DNA of 32,000 nucleotides from Crocosphaera subtropica ATCC 51142 (lineage in GTDB: Bacteria; Cyanobacteriota; Cyanobacteriia; Cyanobacteriales; Microcystaceae), in contig NC_010546.1 of NCBI RefSeq assembly GCF_000017845.1, positions 1,080,001 to 1,112,000 of the forward strand, written 5' to 3'. Positions 8,296 through 15,671 of this stretch are shown here, piece by piece. Positions within the stretch are counted from its first letter, which is position 1; each line of letters begins with the position of its first letter. Under the pieces are notes generated by a model. The model did no database searches and was not told where the DNA came from. It saw nothing but the letters and a program-made list of their open reading frames with translations. Both the position numbers and the translations under genes were made by a program.

Positions 8296-10542
8296 TCAAT
8301 TTTCCCCTAATACTTCTTGGAAATTAAACTCAGGGGCAGCTAACACAAAAACAGTGGTAGGTAAATCTTGAGTCCATTGTTGTAATCTTTCGTAGTTAGA
8401 AACAAACAACTTATCATCACTCGGAGAGGGCATTCCCAAAAAGATAAAGTCAGCCCCTTTCGACGACTGTTTAAGAATGGTAGCAAAGCTTCGCCCATTG
8501 GCTAAAATGACCTCAGATACTGCGTCAATGCGCAAATCTTGGACTAATTTATCTAAGTTACTTTGAGCTTCATTGACAGCCGTTTCATCGGTTACCACTA
8601 ACTTAAGATGAATCTGTCCCTTTTGCCATTTAGGATTAGAGTGGAGTAGATAAGCCAAAATTAACATTAAACTACCGTTGCCTTGTATTCCACCACCCCA
8701 CCAAACGTCAATACGAAACCGACGATTTTTTGACTCGTGCCAGGGATCATAGGATAAATTAGGATTTTCTCGTAGAACGATCACATTCCGTTGCGCTTTA
8801 TGTAGATTAGCAATCATTTGACAATAGCGATCGCGATGGCTGGTTTGTTGAGAATCACCCAGTAAAATCGTATTAGGCACAATCGACCCTAACCCATAGG
8901 TTTCGACGAGTCTTTCAGCCCCATCAAAGGGATCGGGTGCGGTAATTAACCTAACTAACGCTTGTACCCCACGGCGTTGTAAATAATCTCGAATGCGCCT
9001 TTCTAACACTGCTTGACGGGCAACATCCCGTGATCCTTGAGGTAAAACACTTGAAACCGTAATTAATCCTCGATCATGGGTTAAAGCTTGGGCTAACTGA
9101 ATTAACGGCCAGCGTTTGGTTGGTGCGCCAGACAAGACCAAAAATTGAGGCCGCCAGTTCTTTGTATCATCGGTGTGATCCGTCTGTAAAATGGCCATCC
9201 GTAACAAAGCCATCCAAATACCCCGTCTTACATCCCCCCACGTCACCATTAATTCTCGTTGACGGACCCAAAAATAGATGGCAATGACCACAATAGCAGC
9301 CACACAGGTAGCCACTGCATCGATGAGAAACATCACCCCTAAACACCCTACCGCCCCTAGTATAGATAAAGCCCAATGGACCTTAAAAGAAGGACGAAAA
9401 GAAGGACTATTTAACAACCCTTCTACCCCGGCCGAAATATTTAAGACGAGATAAGTGGTCAAAAAAAACATGGTTAAGACTGGGGCAATTAAATTTAAGT
9501 CCCCAATACAAACAGCAGCGATCGCTACGGCAAAGGTTACCAATGTCCCTATTTTTGGTTCATCGTTGGGCCCACTACCCTGGCCTAAAAAGCGCATCCA
9601 CGGGGGAAAAATGCCGTCTCTGGCCAACGCTTGAAGGATACGAGGGGCCCCTAAAATACTACCAATGGCACTGCTGAGGGTTGCCCCCCAAACTCCTAAG
9701 GATATGGCCGGTCCCCATAACGCCATTCGTTGCATAATCAAGGGTTCTGCGATTAAGGTGCTACTATTAGCTCGCATGGCTAGGAATATGGGTAAAATCA
9801 TATAAATTAAAAACCCGGTTCCTACTGCAGCCAGGGTTCCAATAGGTAGGGCTTTAATGGGGTCCCTTAAGTCTCCTGACATATTCACCCCGGCCATGAT
9901 CCCAGTTACCGCCGGAAAAAAGACAGCAAAGACAGCCCAAAAGGGTTCTTTGTTGTTAACCCAAAGTTCGATATGGGTTTCTTCGACGGAATGACCAAAG
10001 AAAAAAGAGAATAAGGAGAGGGCAATGGCTGCCATGATAAAGTATTGGGCTTTAATGGCAATATCGGCCGAGGTAAACGCTAAAATCCCCACCCCAACGG
10101 TAACAATCAAAGCGATGTAGAGTTGACTCAGACCCAAGTCAGGAAAGGCTGTGACCACACTTTCAGCAAAACCAATGGTATACAAAGCAACGGAAAGGGC
10201 TTGAGCAAAATAAAGGGGAATCCCTACTGCGCCCCCGGTTTCCACCCCCAAAGACCGACTAATCATATAATAAGCCCCTCCGGTTCTGACCACACGATCA
10301 GTGGCGATCGCACAAACGGAAAGGGCGGTTAAAAAGGTAATACTGTTGGCTAAAACAACGATTAAAATCGTCCCAATTAACCCTGCATTTCCTACGACCC
10401 AACCAAAGCGCAAATACATAATTACGCCCAGGATAGTCAAAATAGAAGGGGTATAAACACCCCCAAAGGTTCCTAAACCGGATGGATTTTCTTCTACGGG
10501 AGGCTGAGGGTTCGGGGGTTGCGATCGAAAGGGCAATTTCAC
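8296..10542 (-). CDS. Cation-chloride cotransporter-like / APC-superfamily amino acid permease with large cytoplasmic C-terminal domain
   Basis: 748 aa with a GTG start. About 12 predicted TM helices are followed by a ~270-aa soluble tail, the architecture of bacterial SLC12-like transporters. Confidence 0.8.
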   Translation of the reverse strand: MKLPFRSQPPNPQPPVEENPSGLGTFGGVYTPSILTILGVIMYLRFGWVVGNAGLIGTILIVVLANSITFLTALSVCAIATDRVVRTGGAYYMISRSLGVETGGAVGIPLYFAQALSVALYTIGFAESVVTAFPDLGLSQLYIALIVTVGVGILAFTSADIAIKAQYFIMAAIALSLFSFFFGHSVEETHIELWVNNKEPFWAVFAVFFPAVTGIMAGVNMSGDLRDPIKALPIGTLAAVGTGFLIYMILPIFLAMRANSSTLIAEPLIMQRMALWGPAISLGVWGATLSSAIGSILGAPRILQALARDGIFPPWMRFLGQGSGPNDEPKIGTLVTFAVAIAAVCIGDLNLIAPVLTMFFLTTYLVLNISAGVEGLLNSPSFRPSFKVHWALSILGAVGCLGVMFLIDAVATCVAAIVVIAIYFWVRQRELMVTWGDVRRGIWMALLRMAILQTDHTDDTKNWRPQFLVLSGAPTKRWPLIQLAQALTHDRGLITVSSVLPQGSRDVARQAVLERRIRDYLQRRGVQALVRLITAPDPFDGAERLVETYGLGSIVPNTILLGDSQQTSHRDRYCQMIANLHKAQRNVIVLRENPNLSYDPWHESKNRRFRIDVWWGGGIQGNGSLMLILAYLLHSNPKWQKGQIHLKLVVTDETAVNEAQSNLDKLVQDLRIDAVSEVILANGRSFATILKQSSKGADFIFLGMPSPSDDKLFVSNYERLQQWTQDLPTTVFVLAAPEFNFQEVLGEN

Positions 10543-10614
10543 AGACGACTATGACCTTAATCTAGTTGCTCATGGTTATTATGCCAGATTTTTGAGTTTA
10601 AGCCACGGCGAAGG

Positions 10615-10989
10615 CTATACGGAATCGTTGCTGGTCAGCTTCGGATATTTCTCAGCAAAATATTCACTTAAGAAAGTGTTAACGAAAGATAAGATCACAG
10701 GAGCAAGGAAGAAAGACAGCAGACCACTGACTTGAAACCCAGGGGCAAATGCAGAAGCTAACCAAAAACAAAAGCCGTTAACCACTAAAGAAAAAGCCCC
10801 TAATGTAATGAAGTTGAGGGGTAAACTTAAAAAAGAGATGACAGGTTTCACTGAAACGTTAATTAAACCAATAATTAGCCCTGCAATTAAGGCAGAAGGG
10901 AAATTAGCTAAATTGACTCCAGGAAAAATAATATCAACCACTAATAAACTTAGAGCAGTCCCTAATAATGTCAATAGATTCCTTAACAT
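10615..10989 (-). CDS. Four-TM membrane protein, phage holin family IV-like (YvlD/PF04020-type)
   Basis: 124 aa. GLIIGLINVSVKPVISFLSLPLNFITLGAFSLVVNG resembles PF04020 proteins. Confidence 0.65.
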   Translation of the reverse strand: MLRNLLTLLGTALSLLVVDIIFPGVNLANFPSALIAGLIIGLINVSVKPVISFLSLPLNFITLGAFSLVVNGFCFWLASAFAPGFQVSGLLSFFLAPVILSFVNTFLSEYFAEKYPKLTSNDSV

Positions 10990-11197
10990 ATTGATCTCCT
11001 AAACTTTAACAAAAATATATTTTTTCTAATGCTAGACACTAATAGCTTAACAAACTATCAATAATAGTTTATCTGTCTAACGAAATAGTAATTATTGATG
11101 CTCCGTTGCTCATCTTTTTTCTCTGTCTTGAGAAGGATGATTTCTTATATATTTTTTTTATGATTAAAGAAGTCGTAATGGTTATTGAAGTACCAAG

Positions 11198-11374
11198 ATG
11201 CAAATTTTAAAATTAATTCTATCCATTCTTGTTCCTCCCCTTGGTGTATTTCTCATGGTGGGAGTCAATGTTACTCTTTTGATCAATATTTTGTTAACTC
11301 TTTTGGGTTGGCTTCCAGGAGCAATTCATGCTGTTTGGATCTACTCTAAACAGACAGAACAAGTCAATCCTTAA
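11198..11374 (+). CDS. Pmp3/YqaE (UPF0057) family small membrane proteolipid, 58 aa (missed by the ORF track)
   Basis: My translation is MQILKLILSILVPPLGVFLMVGVNVTLLINILLTLLGWLPGAIHAVWIYSKQTEQVNP. LPPLGV...LL..LGW.PG..HA is the family signature. Confidence 0.75.
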   Translation: MQILKLILSILVPPLGVFLMVGVNVTLLINILLTLLGWLPGAIHAVWIYSKQTEQVNP

Positions 11375-11410
11375 TCACTCCGTTCGAGGGGTATGGCACA
11401 AAAGTTAGAC

Positions 11411-11483
11411 TAGATCCGCTTTAGACATTAGACAATCATCTTGAGAAGGCAGAGGGAGCAGAAGAGGCAAGGGGAGAAAAAAG
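11411..11483 (+). repeat. Copy B of a second repeat module (gatccgctttaga + purine-rich tract)
   Basis: The 13-mer gatccgctttaga (11413..11425) is identical to the reverse complement of 28194..28206. It is followed by a purine-rich run (gagaaggcagagggagcagaagaggcaaggggagaaaaaag), as in the 28138..28174 copy. Confidence 0.6.
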
Positions 11484-11610
11484 ATTACTCTACGATGATA
11501 AGCGGATTTGGTATTAGTAGGGGCTTAATAATATTAAGCCTCTCTTTATTGTTTTTATACTACAAAAATACCACAAAATACAATTTTTGTGTTACGATAC
11601 TACAAGACAA

Positions 11611-11717
11611 GGCGGGAAGTTCCTTGTTTACCCTTTGCCTAATCAGGCCGAAAAATGAGGATTATCGTTGGATACAATGCTGAAAAGTGTTAAGGTGTTC
11701 AAATTCCCCTCCCGCCG
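11611..11717 (+). ncRNA. Y RNA-like unit 1: acceptor stem + Ro60-binding-type hairpin, no D arm, degenerate T arm
   Basis: 7-bp terminal stem GGCGGGA/TCCCGCC. The conserved hairpin is TTCC-TTGT-TTAC-CC-TTT-GCC-taatca-GGC-CG-AAA-A-ATGA-GGA-TTATCG. The T-arm-like GGTG-ttcaaatt-CCCC is imperfect. Confidence 0.55.
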
Positions 11718-11757
11718 TCTTTTAAAATCCGTAATCATAAAAATTAACACAAGTCCC

Positions 11758-11788
11758 TTGACATTATTTTGTAGTATGTATTATAAAA
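11758..11788 (+). promoter_or_regulatory. Candidate sigma70-type promoter for Y RNA-like units 2-3 (and possibly rsr)
   Basis: TTGACA at 11758..11763 and TATAAA at 11783..11788 (19-nt spacer; alternative -10 hexamers overlap). This would give a leader of roughly a dozen nt before unit 2 at 11808. Confidence 0.4.
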
Positions 11789-11807
11789 GTAATATGCAAT
11801 TGATTAT

Positions 11808-11935
11808 GACGGAGTAGCTCAGTTGGTAGAGCAACTTAACATCCTTATTCACCCCTTGCCTTTTAGGCCGAAGAATGAGGGTTATCGACCTAAAAGCGAA
11901 GTCTGACACGGGTTCGAGTCCCGTCTCCGTCACCA
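11808..11935 (+). ncRNA. Y RNA-like unit 2: complete tRNA frame with Ro60-binding-type hairpin replacing the anticodon arm, encoded 3' ACCA
   Basis: Acceptor GACGGAG/CTCCGTC, U8, and D arm GCTC-AGTTGGTA-GAGC. T arm ACGGG-TTCGAGT-CCCGT, then discriminator A plus CCA (11932..11935). The central hairpin is ATCC-TTAT-TCAC-CC-CTT-GCC-tttta-GGC-CG-AAG-A-ATGA-GGG-TTATCG. Confidence 0.75.
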
Positions 11936-11938
11936 CTT

Positions 11939-12059
11939 GGCGAAGTAGTTTAAACGGATAGAACATTATATCCTTGTTCATCCCTTGCCCTTTGGGCCGA
12001 AGAATGAGGGTTATCGACTACCTACTCGAAAGGTGTGGGTTCGACTCCCACCTTCGCCG
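11939..12059 (+). ncRNA. Y RNA-like unit 3: complete tRNA frame (with hairpin-forming long variable region) and Ro60-binding-type hairpin replacing the anticodon arm
   Basis: Acceptor GGCGAAG/CTTCGCC, U8, and D arm GTTT-AAACGGATA-GAAC. T arm GTGGG-TTCGACT-CCCAC with discriminator G. There is a possible extra arm ACCT-actcgaa-AGGT (12020..12034). The central hairpin is ATCC-TTGT-TCAT-CC-CTT-GCCC-ttt-GGGC-CG-AAG-A-ATGA-GGG-TTATCG. Confidence 0.75.
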
Positions 12060-12082
12060 TGTCTTTTTTTGCCTATGTAGGC
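12060..12082 (+). terminator. U-run (T7, 12064..12070) plus small hairpin GCCTA-tg-TAGGC after unit 3; possible partial terminator/processing signal before rsr
   Basis: Seven consecutive T directly follow the stable acceptor/T-arm helices. The Shine-Dalgarno GAGGAG (12084..12089) and the rsr ATG at 12096 follow. Confidence 0.3.
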
Positions 12083-12095
12083 CGAGGAGATAACT

Positions 12096-13700
12096 ATGAA
12101 TTATCAATTTTTTACCCATAAACAGAAAGGAACGCCCCAAACTCAGCCTATTTCTAAGCGTGAAGCAGAAATGATTCAAGGCCGTTCTGGCGGTTGGATG
12201 TTTGATGCAGGGTTGTGGAAACTATTACGGCGTTGTCTCCTCGTGGGTACGGCACAAAGTACCTATTATGCTGGAAAACGGGAACTAACGGACGACTTTA
12301 TTGATGTTCTCAAAGAAGGGGTAAAAAGCGATCCCAGTCGGGTTGCTTCGGAAATACTTTATGCTAGTGATGGCCGAGCGATCAATAATAGTGCACCGTT
12401 GTTAGGATTAGTTTTACTGTCTATGGGTAAGACTGCTGAAGCAAAACAGGCATTTCGGGAGATTTTCCCTCAAGTTGTCCGCACCGGTAGCCATTTTTAT
12501 GAATGGTTAAGTTATAGCAAATCGTTGCGAGGCTTTGGTCAAATCATTCAAGAAGTGGGGACACAATGGTTATCACGGGAGGATGTGAAGGGGTTAGCTT
12601 ATCAACTGTTGAAATATCAACAACGGTATGGTTTTTCTAACCGAGATGTCTTGCGTTTATTCCATGTTAAACCCCCTACTGATGACCATCAACAGCTATT
12701 TAACTGGGTGATAAAAGGATGGGATGAGTTACCGAATGACATACCTTCAGAAGCGTTAACGCAGGTATGGTGGTATGAATGGTTAAAACATCATCCTGAC
12801 CAAACCCATCAGGCGATCGCAAAAGGGCGTTTAACCCACGAAATGGCTGCCCCTGTGGGAAAAATGGATAAAAAAGCCTGGCAACTACTGTTTAACGAGA
12901 TGCCTATCGGTGCGATGTTGCGTAACTTGGGATCGTTGACGGAGTTAGGGGTATTACGAACCGATGAACCGAAAAATTTAGATCGGGTTGAAAAGATTCT
13001 TAATGATGTTAACCGTCTCAGAAAAGGGCGCATTCATCCCATTGATGTCCTCAAAGCCCTAAAAACCTATCAGTCTGGGGGAAAACTGGGAAAAAGTAAG
13101 AAAAACTGGAAACCGGTTCCTCGTATTGTGGAAATATTGGACAAAGCGGTAGAATTATCCTTTGATACAGCCCAACCCACAGGGAAGGTGTTTCTTCATG
13201 CGGTGGATATTTCGGGGTCAATGTCTTGGGGTGTGGTGGACTCTGTGGGGTTAAGTTGTTGTGAAATTGCAACAGCAATGGCGTTAGTCACAGCAAAAGC
13301 GGAGAAAAACTACGTAATTCGGGGATTTTCTACTAAATTTATTGATTTAGGAATTTCTCGGAAAGATAGTTTTCAGTCTGCGCTGAAAAAAACTAGCGAT
13401 CGCAACTTCGGAGGAACAGATGCTTCTGTGGCCTATGATTGGGCGATTAAAAACAAGTTTAAAGCAGATGTGATCTGTTTTTGGACCGATAGCGAAAGTT
13501 GGGCAGGATATAGCCATCCTTGTGAAGCTTTAGCACAATATCGTAAAAAAGTCAACCCCAAAGTAAAGGCGGTTTATGTTACGTTGGCACCTTATCGTAT
13601 CAGTTTAGTTGACCCGAAAGATCCCTTATCTTGGGACTTGGGAGGGTTTGATCCAGGGACACCTCGTTTAATTTCAATGTTAGCACAAGACCAACTTTAA
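12096..13700 (+). CDS. rsr: Ro60-related protein (Rsr): TROVE domain + C-terminal vWA domain
   Basis: 534 aa. The N-terminal TROVE-like region (RCLLVGTAQSTYYAG..., HPIDVLKALKTY) is followed by a vWA domain with MIDAS DISGSMS. A strong SD, GAGGAG, lies 6 nt upstream of the ATG. Confidence 0.85.
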   Translation: MNYQFFTHKQKGTPQTQPISKREAEMIQGRSGGWMFDAGLWKLLRRCLLVGTAQSTYYAGKRELTDDFIDVLKEGVKSDPSRVASEILYASDGRAINNSAPLLGLVLLSMGKTAEAKQAFREIFPQVVRTGSHFYEWLSYSKSLRGFGQIIQEVGTQWLSREDVKGLAYQLLKYQQRYGFSNRDVLRLFHVKPPTDDHQQLFNWVIKGWDELPNDIPSEALTQVWWYEWLKHHPDQTHQAIAKGRLTHEMAAPVGKMDKKAWQLLFNEMPIGAMLRNLGSLTELGVLRTDEPKNLDRVEKILNDVNRLRKGRIHPIDVLKALKTYQSGGKLGKSKKNWKPVPRIVEILDKAVELSFDTAQPTGKVFLHAVDISGSMSWGVVDSVGLSCCEIATAMALVTAKAEKNYVIRGFSTKFIDLGISRKDSFQSALKKTSDRNFGGTDASVAYDWAIKNKFKADVICFWTDSESWAGYSHPCEALAQYRKKVNPKVKAVYVTLAPYRISLVDPKDPLSWDLGGFDPGTPRLISMLAQDQL

Positions 13701-13703
13701 TGA

Positions 13704-14111
13704 TTATTGTAGGATATCTTCTATGGCAAAAGGACAACTTTCTGGGGCTATTAAATTAGTCTTTTCTTTAAAATCTTGAGCAGCTTCTTGATAAATTTCT
13801 TGCCAATTTTCTATCAGCTTGTTTTTAATAGAGGTTGAGAGATTCTTTTTCAAAAGAATACGAAAGTTATAAACTTCTCGTTGCCAATGCTTTTCATTAT
13901 ATTCTTTTTCTACCTCCCAATAATTAATACACAGTAAATGTATAATAATCAGAATAGTATAAGAGCGACAAGTTTTATATTCACTCTTACCCAAGTCTTC
14001 TACCTCCTCAATTAAATGTTCTATATCAAGCTCATGAAATTTACCTTCTCGTAGTAATTGAGCTTGTTTTTTTGACCAAAGATTAAAATCAATATCATAT
14101 AACTTATTCAT
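13704..14111 (-). CDS. DUF29 domain-containing protein
   Basis: LYDIDFNLWSKKQAQLLREGKFHELDIEHLIEEVEDLGKSE is the canonical DUF29 N-terminus common in cyanobacteria. Confidence 0.8.
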   Translation of the reverse strand: MNKLYDIDFNLWSKKQAQLLREGKFHELDIEHLIEEVEDLGKSEYKTCRSYTILIIIHLLCINYWEVEKEYNEKHWQREVYNFRILLKKNLSTSIKNKLIENWQEIYQEAAQDFKEKTNLIAPESCPFAIEDILQ

Positions 14112-14176
14112 AACTATCTATATTTTAGTTTGAGCCACAAAGTAGTTATTAAACCCATATTGTAGCATAAGTTTCT

Positions 14177-14455
14177 CTAGTTACGGGGACGAGTTTGTAA
14201 CCACATTATAACCCCTGTTACTCCTAATATTAATAAACCAAACCCATTAAAAAAAGGATAAATCATTTCTAAGTTAATACGTCCAAATTTTCCCCGATGT
14301 AATTCTAATAACCAAGTAAAATTATTAGCATTTCCTGTTACTACTGCAACTTGGAATAGGGTTCCTGTGAAGACAGTTAATAACAGAGGAAAGATCATAA
14401 AAGGGACAAATTTATAGTGAAGTTTACGTAAATAATTAACATTTATTCGATTCAT
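14177..14455 (-). CDS. Small two-TM membrane protein (PepSY-associated-TM-like)
   Basis: 92 aa with two hydrophobic helices flanking LLELHRGKFG. The family call is weak. Confidence 0.45.
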   Translation of the reverse strand: MNRINVNYLRKLHYKFVPFMIFPLLLTVFTGTLFQVAVVTGNANNFTWLLELHRGKFGRINLEMIYPFFNGFGLLILGVTGVIMWLQTRPRN

Positions 14456-14489
14456 GATTTTTGTTTAATAATTTTTAGATTTGTAATTT

Positions 14490-14554
14490 GTAGGGTGGGC
14501 AAAGTTTTCTATTTTATAGGTAGTCTAGATAAATTTTTAATTTGCCTACCCTAC
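14490..14554. repeat. Palindromic hairpin element (GTAGGGTGGGCAAA ... TTTGCCTACCCTAC)
   Basis: 14-nt inverted arms at 14490..14503 and 14541..14554. The arms are related to the hairpin at 24707..24748. Confidence 0.7.
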
Positions 14555-14592
14555 CATTTTGTATTATAGAATGCGTAACCCATAAGATAGTT

Positions 14593-14928
14593 CTATAATA
14601 GTTTTTGTTTAATCATTTTTAGAACAACAGGACTAGCAACTAGCAATAAAAATATAATTTCTGATGTTCGGGGGATAAACTTAAATTGATTAGTTTCTTG
14701 CAAAGTAACCTCAATAGTTTTGTTTTCTAATTTTTGAGGTTGTTTAGTTTCAGAAGTTGGAGAAGATTGTATATTTTCTTGTTCTATTTTTGTATTTTGG
14801 GGTTCAGGTTGAGAATGATCATGACCAGTATGGGCTAAGATAGGTTTTATAGATGAAAATAATGTAATTAAACCTATGATAGTGAGAGATAACGTTATTT
14901 TTTTTGTCGTTAATCGATTCATAAGCAT
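14593..14928 (-). CDS. Hypothetical secreted/membrane-anchored protein with His-rich HTGHDHS motif
   Basis: 111 aa with an N-terminal signal-like helix, HTGHDHSQ immediately after it, and a C-terminal hydrophobic helix. Confidence 0.45.
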   Translation of the reverse strand: MLMNRLTTKKITLSLTIIGLITLFSSIKPILAHTGHDHSQPEPQNTKIEQENIQSSPTSETKQPQKLENKTIEVTLQETNQFKFIPRTSEIIFLLLVASPVVLKMIKQKLL

Positions 14929-14999
14929 TAAAAAATTTTTTAGCTATTTTATCATAACAAGTTTATTTCAATTTTATAATAGTACGAAAATTTGTAGAG

Positions 15000-15064
15000 T
15001 AGGGTGGGTTAGACGGCTATAATTTAGATTATCATCGGACTATAATAATCCGTCTTAACCCACC
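15000..15064. repeat. Palindromic hairpin element (GGTGGGTTAGACGG ... CCGTCTTAACCCACC)
   Basis: Inverted arms at 15003..15016 and 15050..15064. The 30-mer agtagggtgggttagacggctataatttag (14998..15027) is the exact reverse complement of 25449..25478. Confidence 0.8.
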
Positions 15065-15509
15065 ATTTTAGTAGAAATATTCCTTATTTAATCTTTTCTT
15101 GAGTAAGAGGCAATAATTATTGATACTTCAATTTCATATTAATTTTTTTAAACAATCTGGGGAAAATTGTCTGTAAAGTGAACAATGGAGTAAATAATAA
15201 AATTAGGCGAGTTTAATCACTACATTATCCGAAGGAAGTTAAATGTCTCGTTTATTAATTAGTCAGTATCAGACAGAAGTTGAACGCATTATCCAATATG
15301 GGGGAAGTCGTCATGAAAGTTCTATTAGAAATGCGTTTCAAAGTTTATTGAATGAATATTGTAAAACTAGGGATTTTTTGTTAATTCCTGAGTTACAGTA
15401 TAAGGATCAAAATATTCGGCCCGATGGTACAGTAAAGGATGCGTTACGGTTAGATTGGGGTTATTGGGAAAGTAAGGATCAATATGATAATTTAGATGAA
15501 GAAATTGAG

Positions 15510-15671
15510 GTTCTACCGAACCTGTCATGTAAAACTATTAGAAATAACATCTTGAAAGCTTGATTGGGCAAATATTTTAGTTTTTAACAGTTTGCTTTTG
15601 ACTGAATTCCTTGCCAAGTCAGGCTTAGTTAGGGTTTGAGCGATTTTTACCACACTAAGTTCAGTAGAACC
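15510..15671. mobile_element. 162-bp MITE inserted in the RM gene, flanked by 9-bp target-site duplication GAAATTGAG
   Basis: Terminal inverted repeats are GTTCTACCGAACCT (left) and AAGTTCAGTAGAAC (right), matching at 12 of 14 positions. Direct repeats gaaattgag lie at 15501..15509 and 15672..15680. Removing element plus one TSD (171 bp) restores ...LDEEIEKKLSKGYPNDNILFED... in frame. Confidence 0.85.

Noticed and set aside
2431-10542. Antisense or overlapping small ORFs inside purD, the RT gene and the transporter (1993..2181, 3459..3707, 5581..5766, 9167..9376, 10123..10332, 10808..11002 and similar ones elsewhere)
   Set aside because: They lie within, or overlap the opposite strand of, longer ORFs that have clear family signatures or better coding support. 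Their translations have no recognisable features.
11441-11981. ORF-track entries 11441..11683 (+) and 11781..11981 (-) as protein-coding genes
   Set aside because: Both lie across the repeat and Y RNA-like units. Their translations are low-complexity, with no RBS or family resemblance. The sequence conservation between units follows RNA helices (compensatory changes), not codons.
11866-11990. Reading a canonical (non-permuted) YrlA from the Ro 5' strand of unit 2, through T arm / acceptor / D arm, to the Ro 3' strand of unit 3
   Set aside because: The acceptor strands that would have to pair in that reading (CTCCGTC of unit 2 and GGCGAAG of unit 3) are not complementary. All three acceptor stems pair perfectly only within a unit.
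11808-12059. Interpreting units 2 and 3 as ordinary tRNA genes interrupted by introns
   Set aside because: The inserts are only about 50-60 nt, far too small for the group I introns known in cyanobacterial tRNA genes. They are nearly identical in two different tRNA frames, leave no recognisable anticodon loop, and match the Ro60-binding helix next to an rsr gene.
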